IMG/VR virus record: IMGVR_UViG_3300028800_000002
Location: 122,444-186,443 of that record
DNA: 64,000 nt
DNA from: a virus
Direction: 5' to 3' (one strand)
The notes beneath the pieces were generated by a model. The model made no database searches and had not been told where the DNA came from. It saw nothing but the letters and a program-made list of their open reading frames with translations. The position numbers and the translations under genes were made by a program. Of the stretch, positions 1 through 9,172 are shown in pieces. Position 1 is the first letter of the stretch. Each line of letters opens with the position of its first letter.

Positions 1-3000
1 CTGCTGGTTACCGATGGTAGCGGCAGCAAGCTTTTGAATTCCGAGGCTCTTGTCAGCCTGCCGGCGTTCTTTCTAGCGAAGGCTGCCTCTGGAACACCCC
101 CTGTTTACACGGGTCTCAATACCCTGCACCTCGTCTTTTCAGTCAGTAATGGCTCGAATGTCGATGTGCTCTTTTCGGACTCCCCTGCAGTTGGGCTTAC
201 ACCCACCTCTGTAGTGGCCGCCATCAATAAGGCGTTGGCCGCAGCGGGCGTGTCATCCGCCATCTCTGAGTTGATCGGTACGACACGATTCAGGCTGCGC
301 ACGGTAGGAACCGGCCAGTACCAAAGCCTGCGCATCGATCCATCGACTAGTCCGGCTGTTTGCACCGCGTTTGGCATTGGCCTCGGTAAGACGTATGACG
401 GCTTTGACAGCTATGCGCAGCTGGAAGAGTCCGTTCCTGAAGTCAGCTTGCCTGATCCCAATGGGAACTTGGCAGAGCTCAGCATTGAAGCTCCTAGCAT
501 TCGTGCCTTCTTGGCGATGAGTACTTCGAACTTCATCGAGGTTCTGCGCACAGAGGCCTTCCTTCGCAACGGGTCAGTGAACACGCATGCGGTAGTTACG
601 GGCAGCGTGGACCTGACCAGTCTGACGTGGGCGCTAGGCGCTTCCGTTGCAGGCAAGTCGTTGAAAGTTTCCATCTATGGAGCAGCGGAGCAGACGGTTG
701 CCTTCACGGCAGCTGAAACATCGATCTCGTTGTTTCTAGCCAAAATCAATGCTGGATTGGCTGGGTTGGTTGCTACTGAAGCACCTACATCAAACTTCCT
801 GGTGTTGACCAGTGTTTCCACAGGCGCTGCAGCCAGCATCATTGTTGGCAACGGGGACATCGATGCCGTGGTTGGGCTCACCAACCTACAGGCGTCAACT
901 GGGTCCTCTGTCGCAGTGGTCGATGATGGAAATGGGGACAACTTCTCTCCATTGCTGAAGTTTGCTGGGGTGGATTTCACCGCAGTGGGCGTGGCGGCAT
1001 CTGTACAAGGCACCGTGGATCTCACCACGTTGACCTACCCGGCTGGCGTACAGGGCTTGTCCATTGAGATCAGTGACGGGCAGCAGCTGCAGACGTTGGT
1101 CATTCCCTCCACTACGATGGCGAGCGATACCGACTTAGTTGCCTACATCAATGAGGTGATGGGCGCTGCGTCAAGCGGTCGACTCTTGGCCACCATCGAT
1201 GGCTCATCTCATCACTTGGTGCTGACTACCACCAACACAGGGGCCGATGCATTCATTTGGGTGAAGAGCGGCACGGCCCTTACCGTACTGGGCCTCACTG
1301 CGGACACGCAGGTTCATGGAACTCTTGGCCATGCTGTCGTGGGTGATGAGGTTTTTGTGGATGGAATCTCCGCAGGAACCATAATCTCAGTCGCCCCTGG
1401 CGGTCATAACGACATGCTCAAGGTGAACGCTCAGCAGGCGTTGACGACCAATTACGGCGACCACTGGTACATCGTCGCCAAGAACCTGACTGGCACGGGA
1501 GTCGATAGGCCGACCCCCAACTTGGTCATCGATGCCAACAATACGGCAACGTTGAAGAACACGCTGCTGCGCGACACCAATGGTGGTCCGATTTCTCCCA
1601 CCGCAGGCCGGGCCCCGTTGTACTTGTCCTACACGGCAATCCGTAAGGATGTGTCGGCGCTCGCCAAGCACTCAGGGTTGCTGCGCTTTGACAGCCAGAC
1701 CCAGATTGAGGCGAGCATTCCTCCGATCAGCACGAACAACCCGCTCGCGCTTGGCCTGTTCTTCGCCATTGCGAATGCCCCTGGCATCCAGATTACTGGC
1801 CTAGGCGTTGATGCGGTTAGCGCGGACGAACCTTACGGCACTGTGGAGGCGTTCAATCGCGCTGCAGAGTTCCTGGAGGCGTTTGAAGTTTATGCTTTGG
1901 CTCCGTTGACTCACAACAATGAAGTGGGTCAGCTGTTCAAGACGCATGTCGACTTCATGTCGGAGCCGTCCCAAAAGGGCGAGCGCATCGCGCTGTTCAA
2001 CTCCAGCCAGCCTACGCATGCGCTGGATACGCTTGTGGGCTCTGGGGTCAATGGAAACACCGTCGGCTCTACTGGGTTGAGCTTCGACACGGGAATCCCC
2101 AACCTGTCTGCGCTCTTGCTCAACAAGGGCGTGAACCCGGTCGGTACTATCGGTGCTGGCTCGGGCGTGTTCTTGGACATCGCGAGCGACGCTAAGAGCT
2201 ATTCCATCTCGGCTGTCAACGGGTCCATCATCACGGTACGGATCACCTTCGATCCGGGTACCAATGACGATGACTTCTACTCGACAACGGCGCTCAATGT
2301 CCCTCCGCTGTCCAGCCAGCTCATTCAGGAGGTCTTCGCGGTCCGCATTCGCGGTGCGGCGTTGGTGACGGTGGATGGGAACCCGGACAAGAATGCCGTG
2401 GCTTCCGCCTATGCCGCAGTAGGACAGTCGTTTTCTGACCGCAGGTTCTGGCACACCATGCCTGACCAGTGCGCGGCCACGGTAGATGGAGTGGAGCAGG
2501 TGCTCGAGGGCTTCTACATGAATGCTGCAATTGCCGGCATGATTGGACAGCAGCCTCCGCAGCAGTCCTTCACGAACTTCCCGATGTCTGCGTTCACGCG
2601 TGTCATTGGCTCGAGCAACTACTTCTCCGAGAGCCAGATGAACGTCATGGCGGCGGGAGGCACCTACATCATCGTGCAGGATTCTCCTAGCGCTCCGCTC
2701 ATCGCGCGCATGGCCCTGACGACGGACCTGACTTCGGTTGAAACCCGTACGGACTCCATCACCAAGGTCGTGGACTTCACGGCTAAGTTCCTGCGCAAGG
2801 GCCTGAAGAACTTCATTGGACGGTTCAACATCACGCAGGCCTTCCTCGACCAGCTCGGCTCAGTCACGGGTGGTCTTGGTGGTTACCTGGTGGAGGTGGG
2901 TGTCTTGGTTGGTTTCAACCTCAACAACATCATTCAGGACGAGGATGCCCCTGACACCGTGCTGATTGACGTCCTGATCGATCCCCCGTACCCCTGCAAC

Positions 3001-3027
3001 TACATCCGCATCACACTGGTGATCTGA
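1..3027 (+). CDS. Contractile tail sheath protein (5'-partial, frame open from base 1)
   Basis: About 1000 aa; C-terminal sheath-like domain ending ...IIQDEDAPDTVLIDVLIDPPYPCNYIRITLVI; repeated inserted beta modules in N-terminal half; followed by tube-like gene. Confidence 0.85.
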   Translation: MLVTDGSGSKLLNSEALVSLPAFFLAKAASGTPPVYTGLNTLHLVFSVSNGSNVDVLFSDSPAVGLTPTSVVAAINKALAAAGVSSAISELIGTTRFRLRTVGTGQYQSLRIDPSTSPAVCTAFGIGLGKTYDGFDSYAQLEESVPEVSLPDPNGNLAELSIEAPSIRAFLAMSTSNFIEVLRTEAFLRNGSVNTHAVVTGSVDLTSLTWALGASVAGKSLKVSIYGAAEQTVAFTAAETSISLFLAKINAGLAGLVATEAPTSNFLVLTSVSTGAAASIIVGNGDIDAVVGLTNLQASTGSSVAVVDDGNGDNFSPLLKFAGVDFTAVGVAASVQGTVDLTTLTYPAGVQGLSIEISDGQQLQTLVIPSTTMASDTDLVAYINEVMGAASSGRLLATIDGSSHHLVLTTTNTGADAFIWVKSGTALTVLGLTADTQVHGTLGHAVVGDEVFVDGISAGTIISVAPGGHNDMLKVNAQQALTTNYGDHWYIVAKNLTGTGVDRPTPNLVIDANNTATLKNTLLRDTNGGPISPTAGRAPLYLSYTAIRKDVSALAKHSGLLRFDSQTQIEASIPPISTNNPLALGLFFAIANAPGIQITGLGVDAVSADEPYGTVEAFNRAAEFLEAFEVYALAPLTHNNEVGQLFKTHVDFMSEPSQKGERIALFNSSQPTHALDTLVGSGVNGNTVGSTGLSFDTGIPNLSALLLNKGVNPVGTIGAGSGVFLDIASDAKSYSISAVNGSIITVRITFDPGTNDDDFYSTTALNVPPLSSQLIQEVFAVRIRGAALVTVDGNPDKNAVASAYAAVGQSFSDRRFWHTMPDQCAATVDGVEQVLEGFYMNAAIAGMIGQQPPQQSFTNFPMSAFTRVIGSSNYFSESQMNVMAAGGTYIIVQDSPSAPLIARMALTTDLTSVETRTDSITKVVDFTAKFLRKGLKNFIGRFNITQAFLDQLGSVTGGLGGYLVEVGVLVGFNLNNIIQDEDAPDTVLIDVLIDPPYPCNYIRITLVI

Positions 3028-3290
3028 TGAGTGACCGCTTTCACGCCGCCGTTCTGCAGGTTAGAGCCGAGCAGTTCTTCGAGGAGAAGGCTGCTGCGGC
3101 GGATCACTGCGGTCTTACGCCAGTCGACTACGCACTGTTCAACAAGGCGGCATCCGCATTCTGTAAACAGGCCGAGCCCCCTCCACCAAAGGGGGTTTCG
3201 GTTTCAGAGTGGGACAGGATTCTAACCAAGGTACCGACTAAAGGGCCCGCTGCTCGGCTAATAAAGCGCCAGAGCATTGCGACCAAGTGA
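3027..3290 (+). CDS. Hypothetical protein with K-x-A motifs
   Basis: 87-aa ORF overlapping the sheath stop (TGATG); EEKAAA, FNKAAS, FCKQAE. Confidence 0.55.
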   Translation: MSDRFHAAVLQVRAEQFFEEKAAAADHCGLTPVDYALFNKAASAFCKQAEPPPPKGVSVSEWDRILTKVPTKGPAARLIKRQSIATK

Positions 3291-3330
3291 ACTTTTTACC
3301 GTGATAGACTGAGAGAAGGAGCAAAACACA

Positions 3331-4095
3331 ATGGCTGGCAACTTCAGTGACTGGTCTCCCTACACGAACTACGTGCAGGCTGGTTTGGTCGATGGCGCGT
3401 ACGCCAACGCAGGGTTCACCATGCTCGCTGCAGGTCCGCCTCGCATCTCGAACATCGGCGGGGCTGCCGCGTTTGCACAAGCTGTCAGCGGGACTGGGCA
3501 ATCTGCCAACCAGATTGTACTTCCCGTCGGCATCGTGCAGAACTTCCAGCTCTCGCACACTCGGCAATTCAATCGCATCTTTGAGATTGGTTCCGAGCGC
3601 AGCTACTTCATCACGGGCCGCACCGTGGGACAGCTGGGCCTTGGTCGCATCTACTATCATGGTGCATCACTGCTGCGTACCCTGTACGCGTACTACCAGG
3701 ACTTGCTCCCTCCGACGGTAGTGCCAGCGATGTTTCTCAACTCTGGCTCAGCCAGCATGTCCAACCCGCACAATGTGGTAATTCCACCCGGGTACGAGAA
3801 CATCTACATCAACTTGGCTTCGGACTTGTTCACGCAGCCCGTTGGCATGCTGATGTATGTGCGGGACATCAATCAGGATGCTCTGGGCGCCGTGTACTTC
3901 GAGGCGTGCTACCTACCAAACCACACTTGGGCGACGGACGCTCAGGGCGTGCTCATTCAAGAGTCAGTGGCCATGCAGTTCGAACGGGCAGTGCCCGTGG
4001 CGATCTCAGCGTTGACACTCATCTCGAGCGCGACCAATCCCAATGCGGGTGGCTCTAATACCAATGCGACCTTCCTAGGCATCCCCGGGTCCTAA
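3331..4095 (+). CDS. Probable tail tube protein
   Basis: Near sheath; strong SD (AAGGAG); VGIVQNFQLSHTRQFNRIFEIGSERSYFITGRTVGQLGLGRI and GAVYFEACY...ESVAMQFER fit a tube-type fold. Confidence 0.65.
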   Translation: MAGNFSDWSPYTNYVQAGLVDGAYANAGFTMLAAGPPRISNIGGAAAFAQAVSGTGQSANQIVLPVGIVQNFQLSHTRQFNRIFEIGSERSYFITGRTVGQLGLGRIYYHGASLLRTLYAYYQDLLPPTVVPAMFLNSGSASMSNPHNVVIPPGYENIYINLASDLFTQPVGMLMYVRDINQDALGAVYFEACYLPNHTWATDAQGVLIQESVAMQFERAVPVAISALTLISSATNPNAGGSNTNATFLGIPGS

Positions 4096-4472
4096 TGAGC
4101 GCGAGCACTGCTCCTTTTGTGCTGCAAGGCACGCTCACTGTGACGCTCCCTGGGCAGCCGCCGACGCCGCTGCCTTTCGGGCTTTCCGGGGCATTTTCCT
4201 CATTGATGAGCGAGCGGCTCATAATGTCGGGTGCTGGGACTGAAGACGTCTCTCTTGGAACTATCGTAGGAGCTAAGCTCTTGCTGCTCGAGTACGTTGC
4301 CGCTGAGGGAGCTGCCGCCATTACCCTGCACATCAATGGCAGCACCGATGGCCTTGAACTTTCCCCAGGTGGGGTTTTACTTTATGGAAGCCCCAACCCA
4401 ACTATTGGCCTCACTGCATTGAGTATTGAGCGCACGGTAGCTGCCGAGGTTCTCGTCCACGTCTTAGGCTGA
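4095..4472 (+). CDS. Hypothetical virion-associated protein
   Basis: 125 aa, beta-rich, coupled to tube gene (TAATG). Confidence 0.55.
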   Translation: MSASTAPFVLQGTLTVTLPGQPPTPLPFGLSGAFSSLMSERLIMSGAGTEDVSLGTIVGAKLLLLEYVAAEGAAAITLHINGSTDGLELSPGGVLLYGSPNPTIGLTALSIERTVAAEVLVHVLG

Positions 4473-4487
4473 TAAGCTAGTGGGGCT

Positions 4488-5174
4488 TTGCCTTCCCCGC
4501 CCCCTCGCCCACCCGTGCGACGGTCAAGTCACGACGATTTGGCCGCTGTACAAGCCCTAGACGACGCCGAATCGCGCGCCCGGGCATCCCTGCGTCTAGC
4601 GGAGGCGGCTGAGGACCGAGTAAACGAGCTCGAACATGCGCTCGCACGCGTTCGTGATGACAATGAGCACGTTGAGACGGCGAACCGGCTGAGCATCGCA
4701 GACACAGTCGCCTTGCTTTCCATGGCCAAGGGGGGCGCTCCGGTGACCTCGGAGAAGCCCATCTCGGTTTCACCTACTGCCCTGACATTTCGCGGGCACC
4801 ACTGGAAGATCGCAATTCCGTTGTCGGTGTTGATTACCGTTGTGCCGCTGGCTTGGGCATTGGTGAACGACTATCGGCAGATGAAGACTGATTTCAAGCA
4901 GCAGACGGATACCTACGCTGGCATGCAGAAGCGTGCTGATGCGCTCGAGCAACGACTAGCCGAGGTCACAAAGTCCAACAATGACCTTCGAGAGACGGTT
5001 GCCAAGCTGGCTGGCTACATCGCGGCTGCGCTACCCAACGCCGGCGTAAAAGTACCGGGTGCTGAGTTTGGGGCTATTGCAATGTCTGTTCAGGCGGACC
5101 CATTACCGCGAGGTGCCAAGAGGCAGACCCCGGTGGTGACCCACACGCTGGTTCCGGCCCCGAAACCACAGTGA
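4488..5174 (+). CDS. Hypothetical membrane-anchored coiled-coil protein
   Basis: Hydrophobic segment IAIPLSVLITVVPLAWALV flanked by heptad-like helices; start codon uncertain. Confidence 0.55.
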   Translation: MPSPPPRPPVRRSSHDDLAAVQALDDAESRARASLRLAEAAEDRVNELEHALARVRDDNEHVETANRLSIADTVALLSMAKGGAPVTSEKPISVSPTALTFRGHHWKIAIPLSVLITVVPLAWALVNDYRQMKTDFKQQTDTYAGMQKRADALEQRLAEVTKSNNDLRETVAKLAGYIAAALPNAGVKVPGAEFGAIAMSVQADPLPRGAKRQTPVVTHTLVPAPKPQ

Positions 5175-5210
5175 GTTGTCTTTCTGGGCACAAGGAAGGT
5201 AGACTGAACC

Positions 5211-5822
5211 ATGATGAATCGAGCCATAGCGGCAGCATTCGGTACCGACAAGTTAGCTGCTGAGGGCGGATGGAAGCCCATGAAGGGCGGCCTCCCATTG
5301 GCTGCTGCGGTTGGCGGTGCTTTGATTCTTCATGGAATGCACCGAGGCTCTAAGGTGGATTCTGCCCAGCAGAATGCCAGACAGGAGGCCAATCGAGCCT
5401 TTGAATCTAACCGTTTTGCTGGCACGGATGCCGCGTTACGCGGTGGAGTTCCATTGACTCCTACAGGTTCCTCCATCTACGCCAACGAGCGTGCGGACAG
5501 CAACCAAGCAGGGGATTTCTCGCTGTTTGATAAGGGCGCATCCGCCGCTGGTATAGAGGCTGGGAGAATTCTTGCCAAGCACGCAGGTATCGGCGGGTCA
5601 GTTCTCGGTGGAATCAAGGCCATGGGTAGTGCGTTGGCACCCGGGTGGAAGACTAAGGCTCTCTTAGGAGCTGGTGCTGTCGGTGCAGGGCTGGCGGTAG
5701 CTAAAGGAGCACGTGCAGCGAACAACTTCATGCAGGCCCCATCTGGCGAACAAAGAGTAGGCGGGCACAATGCAGAATTACCCACGGCTGTAAGTCAATT
5801 CGGAGTTCCGACCATGGGTTGA
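5211..5822 (+). CDS. Gly/Ala-rich protein with K-x-A motifs (putative internal virion protein)
   Basis: TDKLAAEG, FDKGASA, LAKHAGIGG; glycine-rich hydrophobic stretches. Confidence 0.6.
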   Translation: MMNRAIAAAFGTDKLAAEGGWKPMKGGLPLAAAVGGALILHGMHRGSKVDSAQQNARQEANRAFESNRFAGTDAALRGGVPLTPTGSSIYANERADSNQAGDFSLFDKGASAAGIEAGRILAKHAGIGGSVLGGIKAMGSALAPGWKTKALLGAGAVGAGLAVAKGARAANNFMQAPSGEQRVGGHNAELPTAVSQFGVPTMG

Positions 5823-5891
5823 GGTAAGATGGTTTGAAATCTGGGCCGTGTAGGCCCGTAACTAGTTCCGGGCAAAGTATCGGAGGAAATT

Positions 5892-7295
5892 ATGTCTATC
5901 GGTTCAGGTTTATTCAGTAAGATGTTGTCGCATTTTAGCCACTTGGTGAAGCCCAGTGGTGGGTTTCAAGGTGAGTTCTTTGATCTGCGCAAGGACATCG
6001 TAACGACGCTTTCTCCTCTGAAGGCGTCTGTGATTCAAGAGTTTGATACTCCGGTTGGTCTTTCTGCACCGGGTACAACCACGCTACATGCAGCGGCGCT
6101 TTGTACAGCAGCAGCTTTGACCTATCACGCGAGCGATCTGGTCGCTGCTGGGTTGACGCAGCTCACGGTTTGGTCTCGAATGCTCACGTTTACAAGTAGC
6201 GCTGCCGGTGGTGGTGATCAGACAGAGGTTCCGGCCTCCGTTGTAGTCACCGGGGTAAATGCCGCCGGTGCAACTGTCAGTGAGACCGTTGATTTGACCG
6301 GCATCGCCGGGTCTAATGCCGCTGGTACTGTTTCGACTACTAACACTTGGGCGTCGATCACCAGTATTGTATTCGCTGCTGTGTCTGGTAGCACGGGCGC
6401 CAAGTCGAAGATGGCAGTTGGCATCAACGCTGCCTACATCCTCTACACGACCACCACCACCGTTGCTCTAATGACGTTGACCGCTAGCCAGCTCGTTCAA
6501 ACTGACTTGGCCAACAACCCTCGAGCTTTGGTGTTCACCACAGGCTCGTCGAACTACGGCAATGTCCCCGCCACCGTACGCGTACTAGGTACTGACATCA
6601 ACGGCTTCAAAATTGACGAGACGTTGTCATTGGCAAACACCTCAGGTGGTACTGCTACTACGGTCAACTCGTTTGCCCACGTTACCAGCATGGCGTTTTC
6701 GGCAGCTACCGCGCCAGCACCTACGGTTGTTGTATCGCCATCCGCAGCATTTGGGCTTGCAAGGACCGCCAAGGCACGTTGTGGCTACACGCTGTTGCTG
6801 CATGAGATTGTAAGTGGTACCGGTTTAGTTACGAATGGCGTGCTGACTCCCCCAGTCGACACGGCATCTATCACGGGCACAGCAGACCTCACTGGCTCTG
6901 GTGTAATCGCTGGTCTGAACGGTGAGACTCTCATCATTCAGGCTAATGGTAAATCCATTACAACAACGTTTGTCTCCCCTGTTACGGAGTTGGATGTGGT
7001 GACGCAGGTCAACGCTGCTTGCGATGCTGCAGGAGTGACAGGCGCAACAGCCACCATAGTTTCAGGAAAGTACCTGAATGTTACGGTGTCGTCGCCAGAC
7101 TTTGTCAGTACCCTTCGCGTCATGGGAGGTACTGCGAACACAGCGCTCGGGTTTACGAGCAATACGACAGCACCCAGCGCCCTCCCGTATGGCACGTATA
7201 CCCCTGACAACTCGCACGCACCAACTGGCGCGCTGTCATACGCGATAACTTACGAAGCTGACGCTACCTTAGACAGAAACACGCAGCAGCGCTAA
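5892..7295 (+). CDS. Virion structural protein with internal duplication
   Basis: SD GGAGG; Thr/Ala/Ser-rich; two copies of R.L.FT...VPA.V.V.G....G....ET..L; C-terminal module like the sheath inserts. Confidence 0.7.
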   Translation: MSIGSGLFSKMLSHFSHLVKPSGGFQGEFFDLRKDIVTTLSPLKASVIQEFDTPVGLSAPGTTTLHAAALCTAAALTYHASDLVAAGLTQLTVWSRMLTFTSSAAGGGDQTEVPASVVVTGVNAAGATVSETVDLTGIAGSNAAGTVSTTNTWASITSIVFAAVSGSTGAKSKMAVGINAAYILYTTTTTVALMTLTASQLVQTDLANNPRALVFTTGSSNYGNVPATVRVLGTDINGFKIDETLSLANTSGGTATTVNSFAHVTSMAFSAATAPAPTVVVSPSAAFGLARTAKARCGYTLLLHEIVSGTGLVTNGVLTPPVDTASITGTADLTGSGVIAGLNGETLIIQANGKSITTTFVSPVTELDVVTQVNAACDAAGVTGATATIVSGKYLNVTVSSPDFVSTLRVMGGTANTALGFTSNTTAPSALPYGTYTPDNSHAPTGALSYAITYEADATLDRNTQQR

Positions 7296-7816
7296 GTTAG
7301 CCACCAGTACACAGGAAGCTCCGTCACCGGTACATCAAGTCCGGGACGGGGCCTTTCTGTTGGTGGTCTTTGACGCTTCACCCGTTGCGCTGGTCGTGTT
7401 TCTTGTGCCGCTGAGTTCTTAGGTGTTGGGCTCTTCTTGGGCGGGACGCTTTGGTGATAATCGAGTGTAGCCAGATTGAGCAAACGTCTGTCGTTTGGGT
7501 TCAAGTGCTTGACTGATGCGCTCCCAGACGCCAAGCGTTGTAGGAGTTCTCTGCACTCTTCTCCGTACTTCTCTGGGCAGCTCTGGAAGTCCTCGACCAA
7601 GCGGGTCTGGTCCCCGAGAGTTCCATCGAAGAGGTCCGAAAGACGCCGGTTCACCGTCTCCGATGAACTCTCTCCGTGTTGCTTCACTAGTTCTTGGAAG
7701 GTAGGAAATTCCGGAAAGATCGGGGGTTGTATCTCCGGCAGGCAGGTCAGGCCTGGCACAGGAACGTTTTCTTGGAAGGTTGATCTTCTTGTTGAGGAGC
7801 GTGTCTTCGTAGTCAT
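7292..7816 (-). CDS. Hypothetical protein
   Basis: 174-aa ORF convergent with 5892-7295; helical core; heavily overlapped by 7419-8009. Confidence 0.5.
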   Translation of the reverse strand: MTTKTRSSTRRSTFQENVPVPGLTCLPEIQPPIFPEFPTFQELVKQHGESSSETVNRRLSDLFDGTLGDQTRLVEDFQSCPEKYGEECRELLQRLASGSASVKHLNPNDRRLLNLATLDYHQSVPPKKSPTPKNSAAQETRPAQRVKRQRPPTERPRPGLDVPVTELPVYWWLT

Positions 7817-8009
7817 CGAGAATCCCCGAACGGATAGCTAATAAAAAGTGGGCGCAGATGCCGCCCATCACCTTGATCTGACTGGTAGGTGGGAGCCCTT
7901 GTTCACGTAGGCGCTCGTTGACAACGAACGTGTACTTTCTCAAGAGCTCCCATACTTCCGGGAAGAGCATTGGTCCCCACCGACCGTATCGTTGTTCCAG
8001 TTGCGTCAT
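7419..8009 (-). CDS. Hypothetical protein (N-terminal ~70 aa most credible)
   Basis: ATG preceded by TGtTATATT at 7 nt; 3' part overlaps 7292-7816 in another frame. Confidence 0.4.
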   Translation of the reverse strand: MTQLEQRYGRWGPMLFPEVWELLRKYTFVVNERLREQGLPPTSQIKVMGGICAHFLLAIRSGILDDYEDTLLNKKINLPRKRSCARPDLPAGDTTPDLSGISYLPRTSEATRREFIGDGEPASFGPLRWNSRGPDPLGRGLPELPREVRRRVQRTPTTLGVWERISQALEPKRQTFAQSGYTRLSPKRPAQEEPNT

Positions 8010-8028
8010 CGCTTCAAATATAACAGGG

Positions 8029-8769
8029 CTACGCGGCGAGTTCCATCTCAGTACGTTCTGCTACGGGTGTGACCGCTAGATTCCTAGTCAGGCCATGTTC
8101 CCTACGCCGCTCTTCCTTTGGACCCCACACGAACCAAGCGTAGTTACTCGAGTCCCCTGGCATGGGCTTGCCACGTAGTTCTACCTTTTCATAGTCCGTG
8201 GGGTAGTTAGGGAACTTACCGTCGATCATGAACTTGATGCGGTCTGGTAACGGGTAGACGTCGGGTGGGAAGTCACGCAGGAAATCGTTCTTGCCGTTGT
8301 TGGATCCGCCGCCAAGCCAATCCGTGCGCTGCAGCATGACTACGTACTCCGCGATAACTAGACACTTGGATAGTATTTCGAAAGCCTTGGAGAATGGTGG
8401 ATTTGTAATTGCCACGTCGAAGTAGCTTGGCCCTACATCGAGTCTTCGGTGATCCTTGGCGTTGAAGCCACCGATGAAATCTGTTGGGCAATGAATGAGG
8501 CGCTTTATGCCACCTGGGTAGATCAGTTGAGGCCCAGACGCTTCTAGGCGCGGTTTGCACTCAGCCCTAACCTCTACAGCTGTGAAACTAATGCACTTTG
8601 GTCGGTCTTCACAGATGGCTTGAATGATCCTCCCGTTACCCGCGCAGGGTTCAATCCAGTGCCCGACTGGTAACCAAACTTCTTCGATGAGACGACGGAC
8701 GGCCCACTTGGGAGTTTCCCAGAGCTCTCCGAATGGCTTGTCGGCTTTTGTACGATGAGTAGATGTCAT
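8029..8769 (-). CDS. DNA N6-adenine (or N4-cytosine) methyltransferase
   Basis: Motif I WIEPCAGNG and catalytic motif ITNPPF; N-terminal WETPKW typical of phage MTases. Confidence 0.85.
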   Translation of the reverse strand: MTSTHRTKADKPFGELWETPKWAVRRLIEEVWLPVGHWIEPCAGNGRIIQAICEDRPKCISFTAVEVRAECKPRLEASGPQLIYPGGIKRLIHCPTDFIGGFNAKDHRRLDVGPSYFDVAITNPPFSKAFEILSKCLVIAEYVVMLQRTDWLGGGSNNGKNDFLRDFPPDVYPLPDRIKFMIDGKFPNYPTDYEKVELRGKPMPGDSSNYAWFVWGPKEERRREHGLTRNLAVTPVAERTEMELAA

Positions 8770-8778
8770 GGTCCTTAC

Positions 8779-9171
8779 TTACCTTGTACCGCCAAACACT
8801 TTGTCTTTGATGCGCGGGTCTAGCACATTGCTGTCGTAAAGCAGTGTGCGAAGTTTGGCCGCTTCGGTATTCAACATTCCAGTTAGGATCCAGCTCCTGA
8901 TGTGCGGGAAGATGACAGGTTCCTTGCAGCGCCTGCATGAGAACCCGATGACGGCCCCTGGATCGTCCGTGTCATCCTGTTCGAAGCAGCGCTCCTTCCA
9001 ATCGTCTGTGCCCATGACCAGGCTGGTTTTACCTTCCATCCTGTAAAGTCGGAGGACGACTAGGTTGCTTTCCTCCACGTCCTCGAACCAAGCGTGGCAG
9101 TTAGGGCAGCTGATGGGTAACTCAACAGGGACCTCAATAAACGCGGCGTGCTGAATTCGTACGGTTGGCAT
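8779..9171 (-). CDS. Hypothetical zinc-binding protein
   Basis: CPNC and CRRC pairs; start moved to MPTVRIQ (SD GAAGG). Confidence 0.6.
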   Translation of the reverse strand: MPTVRIQHAAFIEVPVELPISCPNCHAWFEDVEESNLVVLRLYRMEGKTSLVMGTDDWKERCFEQDDTDDPGAVIGFSCRRCKEPVIFPHIRSWILTGMLNTEAAKLRTLLYDSNVLDPRIKDKVFGGTR

Positions 9172-9172
9172 G

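Noticed and set aside
105-2867. Many long antisense and alternate-frame ORFs over the sheath (also over the tape measure and hub genes)
   Set aside because: Shadow ORFs expected from GC-rich codon bias; no SD and no recognisable motifs.
4488-5174. Calling this gene a holin or spanin
   Set aside because: A single TM helix plus coiled coil is not diagnostic and no endolysin is adjacent.
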